A DNA stretch of 64,000 nt, from positions 1 to 64,000 of the IMG/VR virus record IMGVR_UViG_3300001687_001195. One strand, 5' to 3'. Source of the stretch: a virus (taxonomy: Duplodnaviria > Caudoviricetes). Below the pieces are notes generated by a model that searched no databases, had not been told where the DNA came from, and worked only from the letters and a program-made list of their open reading frames with translations. Positions 49,586 through 58,458 of this stretch are shown piece by piece. Within the stretch, counting starts at the first letter, position 1. The number at the start of each line of letters is the position of its first letter. Made by a program: the position numbers and the translations under genes.

Positions 49586-49786
49586 ATGAATGCAGCAGCA
49601 TATGTTGACATCATCAAATGGAGTATCTTAGGCGTTTTGGTGGTCGGAACCATTGTTCTGATTGCAATGGAACGCCTTAGTGTGGAGGGCGCGATTGCTT
49701 TGGTCACGGGTATTGCTGCCATCTTCATCGGCGGTAATGTGTTGAGCAGCAGACTTCGCAATGGTGCGCAGCCGCCCAAGCCATGA
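49586..49786 (+). CDS. Two-TM small membrane protein (holin candidate)
   Basis: Two hydrophobic helices and a basic C-terminus. Confidence 0.5.
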   Translation: MNAAAYVDIIKWSILGVLVVGTIVLIAMERLSVEGAIALVTGIAAIFIGGNVLSSRLRNGAQPPKP

Positions 49787-49819
49787 TTTCTGAACAGCGC
49801 TCACTCGGGCGCGAATAAG

Positions 49820-49891
49820 GCAGGGGCGGAGTCTATTTGGTCTGAACCGCCGTGTGGTTCCCTGCGGCGTTCGCTCTGCCCCTGCTGTTTT
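49820..49891 (+). promoter_or_regulatory. Long imperfect intergenic hairpin followed by TGTTTT
   Basis: GCAGGGGCGGAG (49820-49831) pairs with CTCTGCCCCTGC (49874-49885); inner GAA-C-CGCCG/CGGCG-TTC stem. Confidence 0.55.
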
Positions 49892-49904
49892 CGTGGAGAG
49901 ACGC

Positions 49905-50585
49905 ATGAATGAGCTAACGCCACCTGTTCTCGATTGGACCACGGCGCCCGCCTTCGGTCGTACAGAAGCCCTTAAAAAGACTCTGGCACTTTTGTCGGAG
50001 CGCCTTCCTCAAGAGCGCGATTTCAACATTGTCGAAGTGGGTACTGCCTATCGGTACGACCTGAATGAATTAGGCAATGCCATTTTGGCGTTTGCCTGGT
50101 TTGCTTCCACTTTTGGCGGTAAAGTGTACATCTTTGATCCGCTTCAGCCATCCATAAAGAGTGCTCAGGACATTTTGAGGCAGCATGGGAAGCCACATGC
50201 ATGCATAGATCATTGTTTCTGGTTTCAGATGAGCGGATGGAAGATCAGGGAAGTTTTGCCACCGAATTTGCGGATTCCGATCGACTTAATCTATCTGGAT
50301 GCCTTTATTGGCCCAACAAATCACAACGTTTGTAAAGAGCCGAATACTGACAAAAACGAGTGGTATGACGAGTTGTACACACGGATCAAACATCTTTTTG
50401 TGCCGGGGTCGCTACTTCTCATTGATGATACCAATCCGACAAACTTTGACGGCAAGGGCTGCACATTGATCCCGAGGCTACTGCGGGATGGGGACTGGCG
50501 CAGGATCGGCCCAGAAGAGGGCTTCCCGGCGGCTGCAGCCATGGTTCTCATGGAGAAGCGATCCCATGGAGAAGGGGGAGATTGA
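49905..50585 (+). CDS. Class I SAM-dependent methyltransferase-like protein
   Basis: IVEVGT, GKVYIFD, IDLIYLDA, LLLIDDT..GKG. Confidence 0.7.
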   Translation: MNELTPPVLDWTTAPAFGRTEALKKTLALLSERLPQERDFNIVEVGTAYRYDLNELGNAILAFAWFASTFGGKVYIFDPLQPSIKSAQDILRQHGKPHACIDHCFWFQMSGWKIREVLPPNLRIPIDLIYLDAFIGPTNHNVCKEPNTDKNEWYDELYTRIKHLFVPGSLLLIDDTNPTNFDGKGCTLIPRLLRDGDWRRIGPEEGFPAAAAMVLMEKRSHGEGGD

Positions 50586-50760
50586 ACGGCTCCTGACGGA
50601 CGCAGACTTCGTGTTGGTGATCCGGACGCGGAGAGGGAATTTGGTTTTACAGGGAGAGCTATCGAAAAGTTTGTGGGATACCTATGGGGATCAAGTTGGA
50701 GTGGATCATGTGATTCGACAGCTTCGGGCAAGTTTGCTATCGAAGGTAAACATAAAGTGA
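50566..50760 (+). CDS. Hypothetical protein
   Basis: Overlaps both neighbours in coupled fashion. Confidence 0.5.
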   Translation: MEKGEIERLLTDADFVLVIRTRRGNLVLQGELSKSLWDTYGDQVGVDHVIRQLRASLLSKVNIK

Positions 50761-51605
50761 CTGTTCCATATAAACCGATTTTCTTCGTTGGTAACAAGCG
50801 ATCTGGTACGACGCTACTTACATATATGTTGAATCGGCATCGAAAGATTTTCATTCTGAATGAGGGAGGGATTCTATGGCGGCTAATCAATCCAGAACGC
50901 ACGTATCAAGTAAATCATACTGATGTGCGCGAAAAATGGATGTGTAGCCGCTTTCATGATCTGCCAGAAGATATTCGTGAAGCATGGTTCATCGTTTTGC
51001 TTCGATTCTTGACGCCAGCAATTGTAGGCATTACCGAAGACTATGCAGAAAAAGATCCTACTAATCTCGAATATATTGGGGACAAAGTACCAGATCTACA
51101 TTTGAACCCTACAATGCTAGAAGCAATGCAGGAGTACTTTCCGGATGCGTACTATATCCATATGGTTCGACATCCAGTGAGATGTGTTGCGTCGATGTGG
51201 GGTACGTTTTGGAAAGGTGTGTATAAGTACGCTGCGTATGGTGGTGAACGAGAAGATAATATTATACGGGGATTAAATTCAATCGCAGATGTGGCGCGGC
51301 ATTGGGTTAACTTGGAACAAAGAACGCTGCATTTCTTGTCTGCTATACCGGAAGAGAGAGTAATATTCTGCCGATATGAAGATCTTTGCGATGATCCTGT
51401 AGGACAAATAAGCAAACTATTTGTTCAATTGAAATTAGATCCAGAAAATTTGGATGAACAAAAACGCGGTGGTACTGGTACGCCTGAATATGCGAGACAA
51501 TTTCGTTGGAAATCTGCTCAAGTTCCTGCGGTAGACGGTCTGAGAGAGCTTGCTGAAGCATATGGGTACGTAGATCCACTGTTGGAAAAAATGGTAACAG
51601 GATAA
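50757..51605 (+). CDS. PAPS-dependent sulfotransferase
   Basis: PIFFVGNKRSGTTLL (5'-PSB loop), IGDKVP, IHMVRHPVRCVASM (3'-PB), RYEDLCDDP. Confidence 0.9.
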   Translation: MTVPYKPIFFVGNKRSGTTLLTYMLNRHRKIFILNEGGILWRLINPERTYQVNHTDVREKWMCSRFHDLPEDIREAWFIVLLRFLTPAIVGITEDYAEKDPTNLEYIGDKVPDLHLNPTMLEAMQEYFPDAYYIHMVRHPVRCVASMWGTFWKGVYKYAAYGGEREDNIIRGLNSIADVARHWVNLEQRTLHFLSAIPEERVIFCRYEDLCDDPVGQISKLFVQLKLDPENLDEQKRGGTGTPEYARQFRWKSAQVPAVDGLRELAEAYGYVDPLLEKMVTG

Positions 51606-52054
51606 TGAGACTCAATCTTGGGTGTTCAGATCGTCATTTGGCGGGATTTGTAAATGTAGACATTGTTCCACCTGCCGATGAACTTGTGGATTTGACGAAG
51701 CCGTGGCCTTGGGGGGATGATTCGGTATCATTGATTGAGGCGGAAGATATTATTGAACACCTGCCGGATAAAATTCACACGATGAATGAAATCTGGCGTG
51801 TGCTTTGTCCAGGGGGAGATGTAAGGATCAGCGTTCCGACTACGGATGGTCCGGGCGCTTGGCAGGATCCCGGTCATGTCAGCTATTGGAATCGGAACAG
51901 CTTTTTGTACTACACCGATGGAGACCCGCATTTCACGCGCTTTCATGCAGGATACGGGATCAAGGCACACTTCGCTGTAGTATCGGAGAGAAAATGGGTC
52001 GGAGCGAATCAAGTGCCAAAGCTCGATATTTGTTTGCGCGCAGTCAAGCCGTAA
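51605..52054 (+). CDS. Class I SAM-dependent methyltransferase (type 11-like)
   Basis: RLNLGCS..FVNVD, DLTKPWPW.DDSV, IEHL, EIWRVLCPGG, DPGHVSYW. Confidence 0.85.
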   Translation: MRLNLGCSDRHLAGFVNVDIVPPADELVDLTKPWPWGDDSVSLIEAEDIIEHLPDKIHTMNEIWRVLCPGGDVRISVPTTDGPGAWQDPGHVSYWNRNSFLYYTDGDPHFTRFHAGYGIKAHFAVVSERKWVGANQVPKLDICLRAVKP

Positions 52055-52257
52055 TCGAGGTTGATTTCTTCCAAGGCGAGTTTGAACCTATCAAACCGCA
52101 AGGAAGAGAAGCAGCACGGTTGTTTAAGACGGTACCAAAACAATCGCGTAAATGCTATGGGGCAGACGCGGAATTGCGTGAGCAAGCATTACAGGCGCAC
52201 ACAAAGCGCATACAGCGGGAATTGAAAAATCGAAAAAGAAGAAAACGCAAAAAGTGA
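51994..52257 (+). CDS. Small basic hypothetical protein
   Basis: Fills the gap; Lys/Arg-rich C-terminus; start uncertain. Confidence 0.4.
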   Translation: MGRSESSAKARYLFARSQAVIEVDFFQGEFEPIKPQGREAARLFKTVPKQSRKCYGADAELREQALQAHTKRIQRELKNRKRRKRKK

Positions 52258-52258
52258 C

Positions 52259-52873
52259 ATGTCGAATCTTTCTTTAAGTTTTCGAGAAGCTCCAGAGCAC
52301 GGACGGCAAAGAACGATCCATGAGACATTGCATATGCTTTATGGACAAACGAAAAGTCCAGTGATTCTGGAAATTGGATCTTCGATTGAGCATAATCCTA
52401 GAAATTTAGGCAATCTCACATTGTTATTCAGTTGGGTATGCGATCAGTATGGCGGAGATTTCATTACTTGTGATGTGAGAACTGATACTTGTCTTTTTGT
52501 ATCCGCTTTAATAGAAAAATACCTTGGTAAAGTTCCAACGTCAACGCGTATTTTTCAAATGAGCGGTTTGCAAATTGCTAATGTGTTACAGCAGAAAGTT
52601 GATCTTCTTTATCTGGATGCGATGGATGAAGATTACGCGGATTATCTGCAAGAGAACGACCATAACAATTTTTGGTATTTACGTGTATTCCAGATTTTGA
52701 AAGATCATTTGTCAAGTAACGCTATGGTGCTTATCGATGATACATGGAAAGGAAAGCTTCGTTTTGAAGGGAAAGGAAAGCTGTTAACTCCATTCCTTAT
52801 CAACATGGGGTGGAAAATGTATTTTGGAACTTTGGATAATCCATATCCGCAAGTGCTTTTGGTAGCACCGTAA
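52259..52873 (+). CDS. Class I SAM-dependent methyltransferase-like protein, paralogue of 49905-50585
   Basis: ILEIGS..LGN..LF.W, VDLLYLDA, VLIDDT..FEGKG. Confidence 0.7.
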   Translation: MSNLSLSFREAPEHGRQRTIHETLHMLYGQTKSPVILEIGSSIEHNPRNLGNLTLLFSWVCDQYGGDFITCDVRTDTCLFVSALIEKYLGKVPTSTRIFQMSGLQIANVLQQKVDLLYLDAMDEDYADYLQENDHNNFWYLRVFQILKDHLSSNAMVLIDDTWKGKLRFEGKGKLLTPFLINMGWKMYFGTLDNPYPQVLLVAP

Positions 52874-53637
52874 TGAATGAATTTGCGATAGTAATTCCCT
52901 CTAAGTATGCGATGAACTTAGTTGGATGTATGCAAGCTATCTGCGATTTTGAAGTCAACGTAGTAGAGTCGGAAAAGATCATTGTAGTAGACGATGGCGC
53001 TAGAGCGGAACTGGAGCGCGATGGGTTTGGAGTACCGTTATGGTTTGAGAGGCTTCAATGGATTTCAGGAGCGGAGCCTTTCAGTTTTCCGCGTAATGTG
53101 AATTTGGGTGTAGCGGCAGCAGGTACGCGGGATGTATTGCTACTGAACGACGATTGCATGTTACGCACGCCTGCTGGTTTCTATCGAATGCAGGAAGCGG
53201 CGTATTCAGACCCCGATATTATGATGTGCGCGGCAATTGTTAGTTTTTCTGGGAATCGAACGCAGCAAGCTACTCCTGCTCAAGCAACTGCAGCGATGAA
53301 TCATGCGAACGATGAGATCATCCCGCAGGAAATGGTTTGTTTCATTTGTGTGTACTTTAAGCGGGAATGCTTCGATCGTTTTGGCTTATTTGATGAAGCA
53401 TTCGATGGGTATGGTTGGGATGACGACATCTATTGTGCGCGTGTGAGAACAGGTGGAGGTAAGATTGTAGTGTATCGAGGTACTTATCTCGATCATACTC
53501 ATTTGCAATCGAGCTATCGGGTACGTGAACGGGATACTTTAGGGCCGCGCAGTCGTCAGAATCGTGTGAAGTATGATGCTTTGATGAAACAACATCCGGA
53601 GTATTTGGAATGGCTATCACGCAGGAAAAACCATTGA
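52873..53637 (+). CDS. GT2 glycosyltransferase
   Basis: AIVIPS, IIVVDDG, FSFPRNVNLG, LLLNDD, FDRFGLFDEAFDGYGWDDD. Confidence 0.88.
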   Translation: MNEFAIVIPSKYAMNLVGCMQAICDFEVNVVESEKIIVVDDGARAELERDGFGVPLWFERLQWISGAEPFSFPRNVNLGVAAAGTRDVLLLNDDCMLRTPAGFYRMQEAAYSDPDIMMCAAIVSFSGNRTQQATPAQATAAMNHANDEIIPQEMVCFICVYFKRECFDRFGLFDEAFDGYGWDDDIYCARVRTGGGKIVVYRGTYLDHTHLQSSYRVRERDTLGPRSRQNRVKYDALMKQHPEYLEWLSRRKNH

Positions 53638-55340
53638 GAGTTCTGATTTTTGGCGCTTCGGGGATCATTGGGCAGCACATGATGCTGACTCTTCCATGGA
53701 ACGTGAAGCCATTGTATGCGCGATTTAGACTTAGCGATTCATTTCGAGGAAGATTTACTATTCTTGATGTAACGAATTTTGAATGGGTGGAAGCAATCAT
53801 TAAATCATTTAATCCAGATGTGATTGTGAATTTAGCTGGTGAGAATAATGTTGATACAGTCGAGCGAGAGCCAGAACGGTGGCGGGCGGTAAATGTAGAA
53901 TTTCCATCACGTCTTGCCGAATATTGTTGTTTAGCACCGCGCATTGATTTGATTCATGTCAGCACGCAGGGAATCTTTGATGGTAAAGAACCTCCGTATG
54001 CGCCTTGTGTTTATCACGGCGATCCGGTTAATGCATACGGATGCCAGAAATTGCTAGCCGAGCACCGTGTAATGAGCGCAAACCCACAAGCGGTAATCGT
54101 TCGTCCGACATTTGTTCTCGGGGTACGCCCAATGGTTACTTGTGGGCGCCATAATCCTCTTGAGCAAATGTTTGAAATGGATGAACAACTTCAAGTAAAT
54201 GATCGGTACTTTTCGCCTGTCATGGCTATCGATGTTGCCGAAGAGATTTGGAATCTGTGCTTTGTTTTAGGTAATGTAGGGTATGGGCATCCTAATGACT
54301 ATGTAAGGGGCGCGATCTTTCATGCTGGATTGCCGATACGGACTACGCGTTATGACTTAGCTATCAGAGTAGATGCGTTGGAAGAATCCGTATACCGTAA
54401 GATCGAAGCAGTACCTCATTCGCACTTCAAAGGGATTGCAGAACGCCCAAAAGACACAACATATGTCGATGATGGTAAGGATTCCAGTGGGGTATCAACT
54501 TCTCTGCATATGAATCATGAGAATGCTTTGCAGATAGGACTATTGCACGCTATGGACCAGATGGACGCGCGTAATGATCTATTTTCTGAAGTGGGCTTTG
54601 CGGAAGACATTGCTTTGTTTCTTGGCCATTCGTACGATTGGGTGCTACATGAATTGAAAAATGGGTTTCAACACTTTCATGCGGAAGTAGCCAACGATTT
54701 CAGGGAGTACGTATTAGATTACACTCAAGAAGAGATCTTGGCATGGTATAAGCGAACAGAAGCATACATTTGGGAATTGGCTTGCTTTCAGCAAGATTGT
54801 TCTGGTTTTAATTACCGAGGTATGTGTAGGGGTATCATGGAAACTCTTTCTGCACATCTTCGGGGGGATTCTTCGACATTCAAAGATGTGCTAGTTCTTG
54901 GGGATGGAATTGGTACACTTTCATTATATCTGATCCAAAACGGATTTGATGCGCACTACCATGATCTTCGGGAAAGCAGGACCGCAGCGTTTGCGAGTTT
55001 CCGAGCAAAGCGTAGAGGCATTGGTCTTCGATACTTTTGGGCGAAGGAAGGAACATTCATTCCTGCTTTTGATGGTGCTAAAAAGTTCGATTGCATTCTT
55101 GCTCTCGATTACTTTGAGCATTTGCCCAATGTTGTCGAATGGTTACATGCTGTCTATGCCATGCTGAAGGATGGGGGTAGATTCATGGCGCGCAATGCTT
55201 TTGCTCAAGGTAGTGGAATTACTGGATCTATTCCATGTCATTTACCTGAAACCGATCATTTTGTATCTGATTGGGATGCAGCGTGTAAAAGAGTGGGATT
55301 TCAACACGAAATCAATGAATGGTACATAAAGAAATCGTGA
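53610..55340 (+). CDS. rmlD: RmlD-like NDP-sugar reductase (SDR) fused to a C-terminal class I methyltransferase
   Basis: GASGIIG, VIVNLAG..VD, HVST..FDG, YGCQK (YxxxK); C-terminus VLVLGDGIG, FDCILALDYFEHL, LKDGG. Confidence 0.85.
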   Translation: MAITQEKPLRVLIFGASGIIGQHMMLTLPWNVKPLYARFRLSDSFRGRFTILDVTNFEWVEAIIKSFNPDVIVNLAGENNVDTVEREPERWRAVNVEFPSRLAEYCCLAPRIDLIHVSTQGIFDGKEPPYAPCVYHGDPVNAYGCQKLLAEHRVMSANPQAVIVRPTFVLGVRPMVTCGRHNPLEQMFEMDEQLQVNDRYFSPVMAIDVAEEIWNLCFVLGNVGYGHPNDYVRGAIFHAGLPIRTTRYDLAIRVDALEESVYRKIEAVPHSHFKGIAERPKDTTYVDDGKDSSGVSTSLHMNHENALQIGLLHAMDQMDARNDLFSEVGFAEDIALFLGHSYDWVLHELKNGFQHFHAEVANDFREYVLDYTQEEILAWYKRTEAYIWELACFQQDCSGFNYRGMCRGIMETLSAHLRGDSSTFKDVLVLGDGIGTLSLYLIQNGFDAHYHDLRESRTAAFASFRAKRRGIGLRYFWAKEGTFIPAFDGAKKFDCILALDYFEHLPNVVEWLHAVYAMLKDGGRFMARNAFAQGSGITGSIPCHLPETDHFVSDWDAACKRVGFQHEINEWYIKKS

Positions 55341-55341
55341 C

Positions 55342-55797
55342 ATGGGTTATGACCCTCAGTATCGCATTACGATTGCTCATTCGCGGATAGGCACCAAAGG
55401 ATCGGATGGGAAGCCAAACGGATTTTTGGTACCCATTTGGAATGAGCATGAACCTTGGGAAGCGTTGTCTCCAAAGCAGGTGTACTTAACAGTTGTTGCT
55501 CCGCATACGCATAAGGGACCGCATCTTCATTACAAGCGTAATGGTGCTTTTACATGTATTAAAGGGAATGTGCTCGTCGTTCAACAGAGAGGTTTGGGAA
55601 AGATCGTCTATGTGGAGACATGGACAGGCGAAGATCACCTTTATCAGACGATTTTTGTTCCAGCGGGTATTGCAGCAGCAATGTATAACCTCGGTGATGA
55701 AGATGCTTATGTATTGAACATGCCGTGTCGTGGGTACTGTGCTGAAGACAAAGATGAATGTGTACCGGAGAAATGGGATTATGCCCCGTCGTTTTGA
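55342..55797 (+). CDS. RmlC/WxcM-like cupin sugar epimerase/isomerase
   Basis: QVYLTVV..KGPHLH..FTCIKG, IFVPAGIA..YNL. Confidence 0.75.
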   Translation: MGYDPQYRITIAHSRIGTKGSDGKPNGFLVPIWNEHEPWEALSPKQVYLTVVAPHTHKGPHLHYKRNGAFTCIKGNVLVVQQRGLGKIVYVETWTGEDHLYQTIFVPAGIAAAMYNLGDEDAYVLNMPCRGYCAEDKDECVPEKWDYAPSF

Positions 55798-56647
55798 TCT
55801 TGGCATTGCCAGTTACGCTAACTTTGAGAAGCTGCATAGAACAGTAGCCACTATCCGAAGGCAATGTGTCACGGATTGGCGTTTGTTAATCGTAGATAAT
55901 CCAAGTCCGCAATCGGACCAGATTCGTAAATGGATCTGTGCGCAGGGAGATCAAGAACCTCGTATCAGCGTGGTAATGAACGAGGAAAATCGCGGATATG
56001 CAGGCGCAGTAAATCAGATTCTTGAATGGGCAGAGACAGAGTACATTGGTTATTGCGATAATGATGTAATGATCGATACGAGGGCGTGGGATGAATCTCT
56101 CTGTTCATTGCTTGATAGGCATCATGAGGTAGGAATGGTGTTTCCAAATGGAGGCGCCTTTCCAATTCATCGCGGAACATACACAGAAGTCTTGTGGGGC
56201 ATTGGTTTCTGTTGGGTAATAAATCGCATGGCATTTCGGCGTGTGGGGGGTTTTGATGAAGCGATTGGGCATCAAGAAGAAGCAGACTATTGTATGCGTA
56301 TGCGGATGAAAGGATACCGCTGTGCTTCTCTTGGCGATGTGCGGGTACGTCATGACGCAACGGCTACAAAAGATCCGAAGGCTCTAGAACGCATCAATGC
56401 TGGAGTAGAGCGTTTTGTAACCAAATGGAATCGGTACTTTAATGGAGAGGAATACCACTATCATCATCCGTATGTAACTCGATGGGAAGACTGGCCTCCG
56501 AATGCATTGTATTTGGAGCAATTCTATCGAACACATCTTGGCGATAAGTTTAACGAGAATCCTGAACTGATTACGCTTGCAGGGCGCAAGTTGGATTTGA
56601 TCAAGGTTCCTCGATTTTTCCAGATGTACAGAAATAGAATCATCTGA
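55781..56647 (+). CDS. GT2 glycosyltransferase (rhamnosyltransferase-like)
   Basis: LLIVDNPS, EENRGYAGAVN, YCDNDV, VGGFDE..EEADYCMR. Confidence 0.88.
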   Translation: MPRRFDLGIASYANFEKLHRTVATIRRQCVTDWRLLIVDNPSPQSDQIRKWICAQGDQEPRISVVMNEENRGYAGAVNQILEWAETEYIGYCDNDVMIDTRAWDESLCSLLDRHHEVGMVFPNGGAFPIHRGTYTEVLWGIGFCWVINRMAFRRVGGFDEAIGHQEEADYCMRMRMKGYRCASLGDVRVRHDATATKDPKALERINAGVERFVTKWNRYFNGEEYHYHHPYVTRWEDWPPNALYLEQFYRTHLGDKFNENPELITLAGRKLDLIKVPRFFQMYRNRII

Positions 56648-57420
56648 TGAAAACTGAATCATTAGAAGGTCTTGATGTCATTGTAGTGTATGTGGGCATC
56701 TTGGCTGGCGATCTCTGGATGAGTCTTACAGGTCTTCGTGATTTCCTGAAGAAAGATCTATCTGTAGGACTTGTTGTAGGAACTTACACACGTCCTATAT
56801 GGGACTTTGCATTGGAGCATGTGAAGGGATTGGATGGAGTACGCATCATTGGTCAAATTGCGGATCCAGACGAGCATAACCATCCATTTTGTCCGGGTAA
56901 AGGCTTTCATGCATTAGTTCCAGCGTACGATTATGTGAAGACACAACTAAAAGAGCGTTTTGACGAAGAGAAAATTCTTCGTTTTGATACACCTGGCAAT
57001 AGCTATGGAACAAAGCGGGACAAATTAGAGTTGAAGTCAGGTGCCTTGCGCAACGATGACCGTGTAACTCTACATGGGTATACACGGCATGGTTGGAAGA
57101 ATTGCGATTTCGTTGTATACCGTGCTGAGTACAATTTACCCACGTTTCAAGTGGGTTTTGCAGATGAGCCTGCATGGCCTTCAGGGCGCCTCCCGGCAAG
57201 ACCGTATAGTGAGATGGTTTTGAGTATGTTGCATGGAAGGGGTCTTGCTACTGTGCTGTCTTCCTTTAATTGTATAGCAACCGTGTTTCACAAGCCTGCA
57301 GTTGTAGCTTCCTATACCTCAGATTGTAAATGGGTGAATTACACAAACCCAAACGCACTTGTAATGGTTACACCTTCGATACGCCAATTCCAAGACGCAG
57401 TAAGTACGATGGGATGGTAA
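56647..57420 (+). CDS. GT9-like (GT-B) glycosyltransferase
   Basis: N-terminal GILAGDLWM (GxGD-like); C-terminal SSFNCIATVFHKPAVV resembling DSGxxHxAxAxxxPxV. Confidence 0.5.
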   Translation: MKTESLEGLDVIVVYVGILAGDLWMSLTGLRDFLKKDLSVGLVVGTYTRPIWDFALEHVKGLDGVRIIGQIADPDEHNHPFCPGKGFHALVPAYDYVKTQLKERFDEEKILRFDTPGNSYGTKRDKLELKSGALRNDDRVTLHGYTRHGWKNCDFVVYRAEYNLPTFQVGFADEPAWPSGRLPARPYSEMVLSMLHGRGLATVLSSFNCIATVFHKPAVVASYTSDCKWVNYTNPNALVMVTPSIRQFQDAVSTMGW

Positions 57421-57424
57421 AGTA

Positions 57425-58156
57425 ATGCGATTTCTGGCAATGCTCAGGATTCGTAATGAGGAACGCTGGATAAAGCGAGTCATAGATTCTTTGCTTCCCA
57501 TTTGCGCAGAGTTGTATGTAATGGATGACCATTCTTCAGATACAACGGCAGACATTGTATTGGCTTTTGACAAAGAACGTGTTCACTATATACCGTCCCC
57601 TTTTGCTAAAGACGATTTGGATGAATCTAGGGATAAGAATTTTCTATTGGATTACGTGATTTCTGGCAAACCAGATTGGGTTTTATGTATTGACGGAGAT
57701 GAAGAACTTGAAGAGATGGGACCGGACATCATTCGAGAAACCGTAAAAACTCCGCAATGGCATAGCTATTCGTTTAGAGTCATTTATCTATGGAATAGTG
57801 AGCAAACGATTAGAGTAGATGGCGTGTACAAAACGTTTGCACGTCCTTCAATGTTTCGGATGGTGAACCCTGCATTTCGGTTCAAGACAACGCCATGGGG
57901 CGGTAATTTACATTGTTCTTCAATTCCACAAGAACTTCTTCATGGATACCAGCGTTGTTCAGTTCGTTTGAAGCATTATGGTTACATTGATCCTGAGTTA
58001 CGTCGGAAGAAATTTGATTGGTATAACAAGGTTGACCCAGACAATACAGGAGAAGATTGCTACCGCCATATTATTCAAGGGGATCCAGGCGGTCCTACTC
58101 CGGATGTAAAGTTGAAATGGGCCGGACCCTTAAAGCTTGAATCTTGGGTAGAGTGA
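57425..58156 (+). CDS. GT2 glycosyltransferase (SunS/SpsA-like subtype)
   Basis: RIRNEERWI, VMDDHSSDTTADI, DESRDKN, WVLCIDGDEEL, RLKHYGY. Confidence 0.88.
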   Translation: MRFLAMLRIRNEERWIKRVIDSLLPICAELYVMDDHSSDTTADIVLAFDKERVHYIPSPFAKDDLDESRDKNFLLDYVISGKPDWVLCIDGDEELEEMGPDIIRETVKTPQWHSYSFRVIYLWNSEQTIRVDGVYKTFARPSMFRMVNPAFRFKTTPWGGNLHCSSIPQELLHGYQRCSVRLKHYGYIDPELRRKKFDWYNKVDPDNTGEDCYRHIIQGDPGGPTPDVKLKWAGPLKLESWVE

Positions 58157-58458
58157 TGCATGCTCGGATTCAGATTCGCGCGGTAGTAGAATTACCTTTT
58201 GAGGCAACCCCAGAGATTGCAAAGCGTGGTAAGCATACAGGAAAAAAGAAAGTTGATGTGACATGGTATTTGCGTCGATGTTTGAATAAACTTTGGTTGC
58301 CGAAGGCGCCATGTCACTTAGGCGGTTTACATGTTAAGTCATGGGAAGTGACTCGGGCGGTTCCTCTGCGCGGCGTGTCATTGAATATAAGTAGCCGAGA
58401 TGTAGAGTTGGATGAGTTGCTCTTAGAACAATTAAAGGGATTGCTCGATGGACAATGA
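58156..58458 (+). CDS. Hypothetical protein
   Basis: TGATG-coupled. Confidence 0.5.
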   Translation: MHARIQIRAVVELPFEATPEIAKRGKHTGKKKVDVTWYLRRCLNKLWLPKAPCHLGGLHVKSWEVTRAVPLRGVSLNISSRDVELDELLLEQLKGLLDGQ

